From Phoronis australis (taxonomy: Eukaryota; Animalia; Phoronida), in assembly GCA_002633005.1 (NCBI GenBank), contig NMRA01000037.1, forward strand, positions 1,378,577 to 1,442,576: 64,000 bases of DNA. The letters run 5' to 3'. The position numbers and the translations under genes were made by a program. The notes under the pieces were generated by a model. The model saw only the letters and a program-made list of their open reading frames with translations, had not been told where the DNA came from and made no database searches. Positions 37,792 to 47,740 of this stretch are shown here, one piece after another. Each line of letters opens with the position of its first letter. Position 1 is the stretch's first letter.

Positions 37792-40673
37792 CCATTTAAT
37801 GTCAATCTTACATCTCTGAAATGATGAAGAAGAGTTTTTCTCCCTGATGTGTTCTGAAAATGTGATACAAAGATTTGCGATTGATTACTAGGATTTGCAT
37901 TTAATTTTAGAAAAAGGGGTAATATCTTTGCGTCCAAAAGTAATGCTCTCACCAATAGCTTTTATCTTTATTATCTCATAGTGGCCTCTAACGTGACACT
38001 GATTTTGCTTTTCATCTAGTGTATGTACTTTCGAAAAGAGACATTAATAAAGTTTATCTTACTTTATCTGGGTTCGGAGTACAATATTTGCAATATAACT
38101 CGACGTTGTTTAGTTGGCATTTTCCCTTCTACTTTTGTGCTAACTCAAGATAAGTGCCTATTTTTCCCTGTCTGAGTACATTATGGTTTATGCACATGAA
38201 TTTCTAATTTAATTTCGCACTTGATGACCCCGAGATTGGACCTAAGACTCGAAAAAATAATTTCGAGTGCGATTTCGAATAAGATTAGACCCCGGGCACC
38301 AGTCACGGTTCGAGGTAACCCCCACACCCAAGAATGCAAACACGGACAGTCGTGGAGTTGTGACAGGACAAGGTGAACGCTTATAAATAATTTTAAAAGG
38401 AAAGTATTGAAGAACTTTTGAGGATCCAAAAAGAAACACGACCCCCTGTTTACGGTGAACTGACCAAGTGTGTCCTCCTCAAGATCTTTTCGTAACAGAA
38501 ATAAAGATGTCTTTCGTCGTTTTAGAATATTTCAATCCTTTGGTCGTCTTTAAATGTTTCTAAATGACATGCAGCAATTCTCCGATCAGTCGTGCGATTG
38601 TTCTGTTTCCCAAAGAGTTCCATCTGGTGAGGACCCAAACATAAACCCAATGGATGTGTAATGAGGAAACTCCTCTTTTAAATTTCGAGTCCTTCACGTA
38701 CGATTGAATAAAACTCCCAGGAAGGAAGGAATCGAAATTAAAATCATTTCGTAATTAAGATTCAACTTGTGGTGTTGATGAAAACTATATTCCATAACAG
38801 AGACTTGTATTGCAGGTGCTGCCATGGCTTCAAAACACTTAGAAGACATCAAAGAAGGCTTATCGTGCTCCATTTGTTTTAACCTTTTCAACAGACCGAA
38901 GGCACTGCCGTGTTTGCACTCATTTTGCGAGAAATGCATTAGTGATCATGTAGCCAAGACGAAGAAAAGCGAATCCTTTCCATGTCCTCTCTGCAACCAA
39001 ACCACTTCAGTTCCGGCTAATGGGGTTGCAGGCCTCAAAGACAACTTCTTCATCAATGGCCTGGTTGATTGTATTCCTGCGGAGGATAATGTGATTTGTG
39101 ACCTTTGTGCTATAATGTCTCGAGAAAGTTTGGCTACTTTCAAATGTATTCAGTGCTTGGACAATCTGTGCTCTACGTGTGCTGCAGGACACACTAAAAC
39201 GAGGCAAACCATAAGCCATAAAGTTGTGGAGTTGGAGGAAGTAAAAGCGGGAAAATACTTCGAAGAGATGCGCTCTTGTCGAAAGCAAATGTGCAAAATT
39301 CACAAGACCAATGAGTTGGAAATGTTCTGTGAACAGTGTGGCGTACCCATATGTGTTTTGTGCAAGGCGTTTGAACACGACAGTCACAAGGTCACGAATC
39401 CAGAGACTGCAGTTCTTCGTTTTGATGACGATATTCGTAAGTTGCTTGAGAACGTCTTGCCAATTTCAGAGTTTTTCGAGTCCTGCACGGCCAAGTTAAA
39501 GCAGCAAAGTTCCATGATAGAAAGTGAAACGAAAAGAGCTACCCAGTCAATTAAAGAACATTTTCAGAAGGTTCGACAATCGATAGTCAAAGAGGAACAA
39601 CAGCTTCTTAGTACTGTTGAGAAGAAAAGCAAAACGTTGTCGAATGATACCACTGAAAGACTTGCAGGAATCGAGCAGAACAGTAACAGATTGAAGTCGT
39701 CTATAGCTTACTCCCAGTACTTACAAGAGTCTGGGGACACCATCGAGAAATTGCAGCAACACAAAGACCTTTTAAAGCAACTAGGTCACTTTACGGAACG
39801 TAATTTCACATGTCTCTTCTACGAAAAACCGATTTATGCCTTGGACCCAGACATAGTTCCGGATAATTTTAAGTGCATGAGTTTGCAGTTCTCGGACGTC
39901 ACGAAACTGGAACTTCCAACAACGGGTCCCACAAAACAAGAGCCCTCTCCTGAAAGAAGACCTTCCAAACGAATTGGTGAGAACCCTTCAAAGCTTATTA
40001 AAATGAAGAGTGAGTTACAATTGAACTCAATGCCAAATTGCTCAACACCACCGAGCACATCTTCAACTAGTATTTTGTCGAGTAAGCAACAATGGAGCAG
40101 CTGTTCTGATCTCTTAAACAGAGTTGTTCAACACACATTCACCATATTGCAAAAGGCCAAATCTTTGGCCTCCTTTGACACAAAATTGAAGGGTGAGACT
40201 GACCAAACGTGCTGTGATCTTCAGTTTAACCGTCTCTGCAATTCGTACTTCATAATTGACAGAGAAAATGCCAAAATGAAAGAATTTGACGAGGACGGCC
40301 GGTTTCAACGATCTATTGACAACTTGAATTACCCCATGGGTATAACGTGCACCAAAAGCGGTCACATTATGATCACCGATGACGTCCCAGGTATTGTAGT
40401 TTACAGAAGTAACTTAACAGAAGAGAGGACTCTCGAGAATAAAATGGTTTTCTTCGGTATTGATTGCGATGGCCAGAGAATCGTTACAGCCGGGGGATCT
40501 AAGCTTGTCATCAAGAATATGAAGGGAGATGCAAAGAAAATTGTTGACAAGAATTCTCTCGGTTTGAGCTCATTCAGGCCATTTTATGTTGCCCTTGCAC
40601 CAAATGGCAACATTATTTGCACCGACGGCATGAAGAAAAAGTTGTATGTTTTAGATCGAAATGGTGCCTCTGT
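37792..40673 (+). repeat. Contig duplicating 34918-37790 (allelic haplotig or recent tandem copy)
   Basis: Near-identical upstream kilobase and the same end point, ATGGTGCCTCTGT-n. Confidence 0.9.
38824..40673 (+). CDS. TRIM-NHL E3 ligase, copy 3 (mosaic of copies 2 and 4; 3'-truncated at gap)
   Basis: Open RING-BB-BB-CC-NHL frame up to the N at 40674. Confidence 0.9.
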
Positions 40674-40674
40674 N
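40674..40674. other. Single-N assembly gap
   Basis: n between TRIM sequence and mid-RT LINE sequence. Confidence 0.95.
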
Positions 40675-42403
40675 TAAACGCTCGTCTAACAAGTTGGGCC
40701 AACGATAATGACTTATTTAACGAAGCTCAGGCTGGTTTTAGAAAGGGGTACAGTATAATAGACCAAATTTTTACCTTACAAGGAATTGTTCATAAGTACT
40801 TGAGTAAGGGCAGGGGCAGATTTTATGTTATATACGTGGATTTTTCTCGGGCCTTTGACAGCATTTCACATAATTTTTTGTGGAATAGGCTTCAAAAATA
40901 GGAATACTTGGTAGTGTTTTAAAATTGATGAAAAGTATGTATTCAAAGCTAAGAGCGTGTGTAAAAACTGAGCGTGGGTTAACTGACTTTTTAGTAATAA
41001 TATTGGTACTCGCCAAGGGTGTATGCTTAGTCCTTTTTTATTCAGCATGTATTTGAACGAGTTTGTTGATTACTTAAGAGAATCTTTAATTAGCGGAATT
41101 TACGTAAATGAGAATGTGACTCAAATTTGTATGTTGCTATACGCTGATGATATGGTTGGTTGTGCAGAGACAGCATTTAAACTACAGCAACAAATTAACG
41201 CTCTGCATGAATACAGTCAGGATTGGGGTATGAAAGTCAACCTTACAAAAACAAAAATAATGGTATTTAGAAAGGGCGGACCATTGAGAAAATACGAAAA
41301 ATGGCATTTTGGAAATGACAAAATTGATGTCGTCTCATCATATAAGTACCTGGGTATTTGCCTTACACCTAAGTTAGTCTGGACGCAAGCTACGGAAACT
41401 TTGTCTCACCAGGCACAAAAAGCAATTTTTTCAATTAAACGTTTTCAGTCAAAATGTGGACGACTTTCACCGAAAATCGCACTCCAGATTTTTGATAAAA
41501 TGGTATACCCAATCATTAGCTATGTAAGTGAGATTTGGGGATTTAAAGAATACTCTAGTATCGAGCGCGTCCAATTGAAATTCTGTAAGCAATTGCTGAG
41601 TGTTGGAATTAACTGTCCAAATCATGCTGTCCTGGGAGAACTGGGAAGGTATCCAATTTATGTAAATCTGTTTGTTAAACTGATCAAATATTGGCTTAAA
41701 TTGTTAAAAATGCCCGCACATCGAAATCCAAAATCTGTCTATGACAAGCTTGTCACATTGGATGAGGCTGGTAGGAAAACTTGGGCTTCATCTGTTAGGA
41801 ATTTGCTGCAAAGGTATGGGTTTGGTTTGGTATGGTACAATCAGGGAGTTGGCTGCGAAGCATCGTTTCTTGTCATTTTTGAGCAGCGAATTAAAGATTG
41901 TTTTTTACAAGACTGGAACTTTGTTGTGGAGAATAGCTCAAAACTTAATACATATTTCTCATTTAAAATTGATTTTGAAATGGAATCCTATCTGTTGCGT
42001 GATATTCCATATATCTTTTTAGCAGCTATGGCTAAATTACGTTTCTCCAACCCCGACTTGATGATAGAGAAAGGTAGACATACTCTCGTGGACTAAAAAT
42101 ACCGTGTGTGTTGTTTCTGTGTGTCCCTAATTGAAGATGAATACCATTTTATATGTGTTTGTAAAATGTACTGCTTTCTGAGAAGTGCATTTATACCTGA
42201 GTGGTGCTGGCGTGAACCAAATAAACATAAATTTGTAAAACTAATGAAAATGTCGGAGCCCATTGCTCAGATTAATCTAATGAAATTTGTATTTCACTCC
42301 ACTGCTCTCAAGGAAAAGCTGCTCAGCGTTATCCTGTAAATTGTATGTAACATGTGGGCCAAGGCCTTAAATGTTGAAATACATGGATTTGAATTTGAAT
42401 TTG
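40675..42403 (+). mobile_element. Non-LTR retrotransposon (RTE-X-like LINE): RT domain to 3' end, disrupted
   Basis: RT motifs EAQAGFRKGYSIIDQIF, YVDFSRAFDSI, RQGCMLSPFLF, LLYADD and YKYLG. C-terminal IEKGRH..C.FC..IEDEYHFICVC Cys/His motif. In-frame stops; (TTTGAA)n tail at 42388-42403; 5' end lost at the gap. The clade is assigned from motif recall. Confidence 0.9.
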
Positions 42404-44155
42404 GGTCATTTGAAATGTGGCGTGAGCAAAGCCTTTACTTCGATATCGTATTTTGTTGTACATGTATTCTTTATCGTATTTTGTTGTATTCTTTATCAAA
42501 TATTTCCATGCAATGCGTTTAGCAAAACAATATTTTATAATCGTGGATATCAATCACATTGTGATTATTACAGATTTGCAAAAATCGTGAAACTGTTAAT
42601 ACATTAGTCACCCAAAGCAGAAATCTGGCTACATTTTAGTTGCGAGCCCGGGTGCGTGCTACTGGCCCAAGTCGTATTCAAAACCCGCCACAACAGTTTT
42701 TTATGTTATCAATAGACGACGGTAATTTAACTTGACCGCCATTCCCACGGCTTCGGGGAGGACGTGTTGTAACAAATGGTACATGAATGTATCACGTATG
42801 ACATGAAAGGTTAACAGGTATGTACGTTTTATTTTGTGGTGCCAATGGTATTTAAATTTACAAATGGCCTCAAGGAACATTACGTTTCAATCGAAGAAAC
42901 TTCCGTGGCGTTAATAAACGACTCTTTTGCCTATGATTTTTTTCTCTCTGGCTCTCCAGCCAATAGAAGTGGGTAACCGTAGTGAAAGATAAAGCCCGTA
43001 GTCGTAGGCTGTTCATCTATTTACGAAAAAAGAACCTGTTCATCTATTTACGAAAAAACCCGGAGCTCTGACACCTTCAACACGAATTTCTGTATCTATC
43101 TGATCGTCAAGTTGCATTTATTTTACAACCTATAAAATTCAGGACTTCGACATCAGCTCTTTAGTGCCAGCGAAGTCCGGCATATTGGTTACAAACAATT
43201 GCACATTCAGAAGCGCAATACAGCGTTAGTTTAATCAAAGGGTCACAGCTTGCTTTGGCTCTTACTGATTCTTCTGCTCAAAGAAATCCAGTCAAACAAT
43301 AGCGGCCATTCTTATGAAAGTACCTACATGTAGCTGTACACATGGATCGCTCATGTGCCTTGGGTCGAGTATTTAGAAATCATACGAAACGGGACGAATC
43401 GACTACTGTGGCGCCCACTAATGGCATTACCACGGTCCTTATGGGGTCTTCATGAAACTTGGTGTTCATTTCTACTGAGAAAAATATAACTGACGTGAAT
43501 TTTTTATTGTTTTGTGGCTGTGCTTCATCGTCCGCGTCCCAATAAGTCAAAATGGTTGACGAATCACTTTTGGCAGGTGTGTTACTGTGAGGGAGACGGG
43601 CAGTTTTCTCAGAAACTTAATTTACAATGACACACGAACAAAATTACATTATGAGGTGGCCGTTCGAGGGTATAAAACAAAAACCATCAAGACATTTTAA
43701 AATTAATTCAGTGAATATCAAGTAAATTGCATATAACCAGTCAAAAAAATTCTACATTAAGAAATAAGCAATGTGAAATAAAAAGAAGCAAAAAAGTCAA
43801 TACAGGAATGAGATATACATGAAGAAATAAATAATTTGATTAAAAAAACAAAAGAAAATCATTGAACTTTGGAAGCGAAGCACAATTTTAGCGTTTATTT
43901 TTAAATATAGGTCCCGATGGGAACGATTGTCTTATTTTGACGAGTATCAAAATACTCGTCAAAATACGACGTGTAGAATGAATTACAAAAACAAAACAAA
44001 TTAGATTTCTTTTGCATTTCGAGACATTCGTGAACTTTTAAAAAACTCCTGGGAAGGCAAGACCCAAAAATAAAGCCATTTTGAACTTGAGATGTCACTT
44101 GTGTTATTGATGAAAATTGAGTTCATTAACGGAGACTTGTATTGCAGGTGCTGCC
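42404..44155 (+). repeat. Diverged upstream flank of TRIM copy 4 (duplication unit D)
   Basis: 42404-43160 matches 7063-7760 and 33106-33800; 43282-43500 matches 12598-12980; 43695-43780 matches 14498-14590. Identity is visibly lower than between A and B. Confidence 0.8.
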
Positions 44156-46282
44156 ATGGCTGCCAAACAGTTAGAAGACATCAAAGAAGGCTTATCGTGC
44201 TCCATTTGTTTTAACCTTTTCAACAGACCGAAGGCACTGCCGTGTTTGCACACATTTTGCGAGAAGTGCATCGGTGATCATGTAGCCAAGACGAAAAAAA
44301 GCGAAACCTTTCGATGTCCTCTCTGCAACCAAACCACTTCAGTTCCGGCTAATGGGGTTGCAGGCCTCAAAGACAACTTCTTCATCAACGGCCTGGTTGA
44401 TTGTATTCCTGCGGAGGATAATGTGATGTGTGACCTTTGTGCTATAATGTCTCGAGAAAGTTTGGCTACTTTCAAATGTATTCAGTGCTTGGACAATCTG
44501 TGCTCTACGTGTGCTGGAGGACACACTAAGACGAGGCAAACTATAAGTCATAAAGTTGTGAAGCTGGAGGAAGTGAAAGAGGGAAAATACTTCGAAGAGA
44601 TGCGCTCTTGTCGAAAGCAAATGTGCAAAGTTCATACGACCAAGGAGTTGGAAATGTTCTGTGAACATTGTGGCGTACCCATATGTGTTTTGTGCAAGGC
44701 GTTTGAACACGACAGTCACAAGGTCACGAATCCAGAAACCGCAGTTCTTCGTTTTGATGACGATGTTCGTAAGTTGCTTGAGGACGTCTTGCCAATTTCA
44801 GGGTTTTTCGAGTCCTGCACGGCCAAGTTAAAGCAGCAAAGTTCAATGATAGAAAGTGAAACGAAAAGAGCTACCCAGTCAATTAAAGAACATTTTCACA
44901 AGGTTCGACAATCGATAGACAAAGAGGAAGAACAGCTTCTTGGTACTGTTGAGAAGAAAAGCAAAATGCTGTCGTATGATACCACTGAAAAACTTGCAGG
45001 AATCGAGCGAAACAGTAACAGATTGAAGTCGTCTATAGCTTACTCCCAGTACTTACAAGAGTCTGGGGACACCATCGAGAAATTGCAGCAACACAAAGAC
45101 CTTTTAAAGCAACTAGGTCACTTTACGGAACGTAATTTCACATGTCTCTTCTACGAAAAACCGATTTATGCCTTGTACCCAGACATAGTTCCGGATAATT
45201 TTAAGTGCATGAGTTTGCAGTTCTCGGACGTCACGAAACTGGAACTTCCAACAACGGGTCCCACAAAACAAGAGCCCTCTCCTGAAAGAAGACCTTCCAA
45301 ACGAATTGGTGAGAACCCTTCAAAGCTTATTAAAATGAAGAGTGAGTTACAATTGAACTCAATGCCAAATTGCTCAACACCACCGAACACATCTTCAACT
45401 AGTATTTTGTCGAGTAAGCAACAATGGAGCAGCTGTTCTGATCTCTTAAACAGAGTTGTTCAACACACATTCACCATATTGCAAAAGGCCAAATCTTTGG
45501 CCTCCTTTGACACAAAATTGAAGGGTGAGACTGACCAAACGTGCTGTGATCTTCAGTTTAACCGTCTCCGCAATTCGTACTTCATAATTGACAGAGAAAA
45601 TGCCAAAATGAAAGAATTTGACGAGGACGGCCGGTTTCAACGATCTATTGACAACTTGAATTACCCTATGGGTATAACGTGCACCAAAAGCGGTCACATT
45701 ATGATCACCGATGACGTCCCAGGTATTGCAGTTTACAACAGTAACTTCACGGAAGAGAGGACAATTCAGAATGCACGAGGTTTCTTTGGAGGCATTGATT
45801 GCAATGAGCAGGGAATCGTCACAGCCGGGGGATCTAGGCTTGTCCTCATGGACATGAATGGAGATACAAAAAAGATTGCAGGCAATAAATCTCTTGGTTT
45901 GAAGTCATTCAACCCATTTTATGTTGCCCTTGCACCAAATGGCAACATTATTTGCACAGACGGCAGGGAGAAAAAGTTGTATGTATTAGATCGAAATGGT
46001 GTCTCTGTCCTTCACTCATTCCAACAAAAAGGCGATATATCACTTCAGTATCCCGCTGGAGTTGTTTGCGACGAATGGGGTCATATCCTTGTTCTCGATT
46101 GTCCTAGTTCCGGTCCTGGTCGTCTGCACATATTGTCACCTTCTTGCGAGCATCTCGGCCTTTTACTTGCCAAAAGAGACAACCTTGTTTGCCCTAGAGG
46201 TATCACGATAAGTAAGCCGGGTCAATTGGCGTTGGTGGAGCTCAGAGGACGTCTAAAGGTGTACCAGTACTTAGATTTGTAA
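44156..46282 (+). CDS. TRIM-NHL E3 ligase, copy 4 (complete, 708 aa)
   Basis: Full RING-BB1-BB2-CC-linker-NHL ORF ending KVYQYLDL; Kozak ATG at 44156. Confidence 0.95.
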   Translation: MAAKQLEDIKEGLSCSICFNLFNRPKALPCLHTFCEKCIGDHVAKTKKSETFRCPLCNQTTSVPANGVAGLKDNFFINGLVDCIPAEDNVMCDLCAIMSRESLATFKCIQCLDNLCSTCAGGHTKTRQTISHKVVKLEEVKEGKYFEEMRSCRKQMCKVHTTKELEMFCEHCGVPICVLCKAFEHDSHKVTNPETAVLRFDDDVRKLLEDVLPISGFFESCTAKLKQQSSMIESETKRATQSIKEHFHKVRQSIDKEEEQLLGTVEKKSKMLSYDTTEKLAGIERNSNRLKSSIAYSQYLQESGDTIEKLQQHKDLLKQLGHFTERNFTCLFYEKPIYALYPDIVPDNFKCMSLQFSDVTKLELPTTGPTKQEPSPERRPSKRIGENPSKLIKMKSELQLNSMPNCSTPPNTSSTSILSSKQQWSSCSDLLNRVVQHTFTILQKAKSLASFDTKLKGETDQTCCDLQFNRLRNSYFIIDRENAKMKEFDEDGRFQRSIDNLNYPMGITCTKSGHIMITDDVPGIAVYNSNFTEERTIQNARGFFGGIDCNEQGIVTAGGSRLVLMDMNGDTKKIAGNKSLGLKSFNPFYVALAPNGNIICTDGREKKLYVLDRNGVSVLHSFQQKGDISLQYPAGVVCDEWGHILVLDCPSSGPGRLHILSPSCEHLGLLLAKRDNLVCPRGITISKPGQLALVELRGRLKVYQYLDL

Positions 46283-47129
46283 AGACATTTTTGAACTAGC
46301 TTTTTAAATATTCAATGCTTGGCAATTTACGTTGAAAACTACTAGTTTTTTTGCATTTAATAGCTGATTTTTGCCGCGTTATGTCAGTACTTAATGCCTG
46401 CCGGGCTTGACTCCAACGCTTATGCATCGATGGTCACGGAGTTGGAAACCGATTGGGTCGACTGGTTAGGCTGATTAAGGCAGGTCGCAATCATTTGCAC
46501 TGTATATTAACAAAATGTTATTAAACGACTACTGATACTTCCATTTTGGCTAAGACGCACTACGGTAACTTCTGTCATGAGGTGATGACGACGTGGTAGT
46601 CGTGGAATATTATTTTTATGCCATACATGTGGAAAACATCATAACTGAATGCGGCAAAGTGGAGTCAATCAGTATTCAGTGGTAGATGCTGTATTTCACG
46701 GTTGGTGTGCAGTTTTCTAGTGCATTCGTAAATTCGCGTGTAAGAGGCTAATTTGATTGGCTTGCTCATTTGTGCTACCTAAAACATTTATCCGAGGGTT
46801 CGTTTCTGAAAAAGCAGTTTTACTGGTCTACAAACTATAAGCTTTCAGCAACGATTTGCCGATGAATATTCCGACACAACATTATCCGTCCGGAAACATT
46901 TTGGTATGTCTACACTGAGAATTAAGATAAGCCTATTTACAGTACATGTGTCCGTGACCTAATATCGAGTATATATTTTTTTACTCACACAATCGTCTTA
47001 TCACAGTCTTATGATCTCTCGCTGTTAACTACTTTTTTGCGATGGCAATATTCGACAACAAATTCGCCGAGTCTAGCGCTGATGGGAACGATATAGCCTA
47101 GCTGAGATGCTATGGATTTTCTAGTTTCT

Positions 47130-47740
47130 AAAAGGAATGCCAACTCCGTTAAAAACCAAGAGTGATGTGGCAACATTCCATAAATGTCTAAGAGGCAAGA
47201 AGCAAAGAAATGAATTGGAGACGTTGCACAAAAGGATCTTGATTCTCTTGGGAAGGTTCTCCTTGCTAGTACGGAAAGTGGCTGGCAGCGAGTACGAGCC
47301 AGACACATTGACATGCATACAAAGATAACACTCGACCGATATCGAAGAGAAAAGAAATACAACATAATTAGTAACAGGCAATTTGCCTTACCCCATGAAG
47401 CCTCCAAAGACCAACGAAAGCAACTGAAAGAGCTCGGTAAAGGAAATTAACCAAGAAAGGAAGGCAGAAATGCTAACTGATAAGGAGACAAATATCCTAA
47501 AGGAGAAAGGGTGCATGAGAATTGATCATCCACGAGCTCTCCTAAATCAAATTTTGTTAAACAACACTAAGATGTGGGGATTTCATAGTTGCTATGAAAA
47601 CAGAAAGTTGAGGTGGGGTAACATTGCTTTTAAATCGTCTGCAAATCTAGAATTCAATGAAAGAGCAACAAAAAGCAGTAAAAGATGGAACAGAAGTTAA
47701 ACCATTCAATGCCACGATTTTCGCCACAAAAATACAAATA
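47130..47740 (+). mobile_element. Decayed Crypton (DUF3504-type) relic, copy 2
   Basis: KTKSDVATFH..LLGRF..VRKVAGSEYEPDTLTCIQR..RKQLKELGKGN..LTDKETNILKEKG..HPRALLNQILLNNTKMWGF..LRWGNI..LEFNERATK. Collinear with 22150-23650. Confidence 0.85.

Noticed and set aside
37791-37824. Apparent alternative C-terminus (PFNVNLTSLK) or pseudogenisation of copies 2 and 3
   Set aside because: Read-through across an N gap into another contig, not a biological truncation.
40617-40901. Apparent TRIM-reverse transcriptase fusion, or an RT-driven diversity (DGR-like) system next to variable genes
   Set aside because: The junction is an N gap. The RT is an ordinary disrupted LINE, and I see no template/variable repeat pair or adenine-specific pattern.
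43009-43058. 27-bp tandem duplication (also a 32-bp duplication at 47868-47930)
   Set aside because: Ordinary slippage or repair duplications with no further structure.
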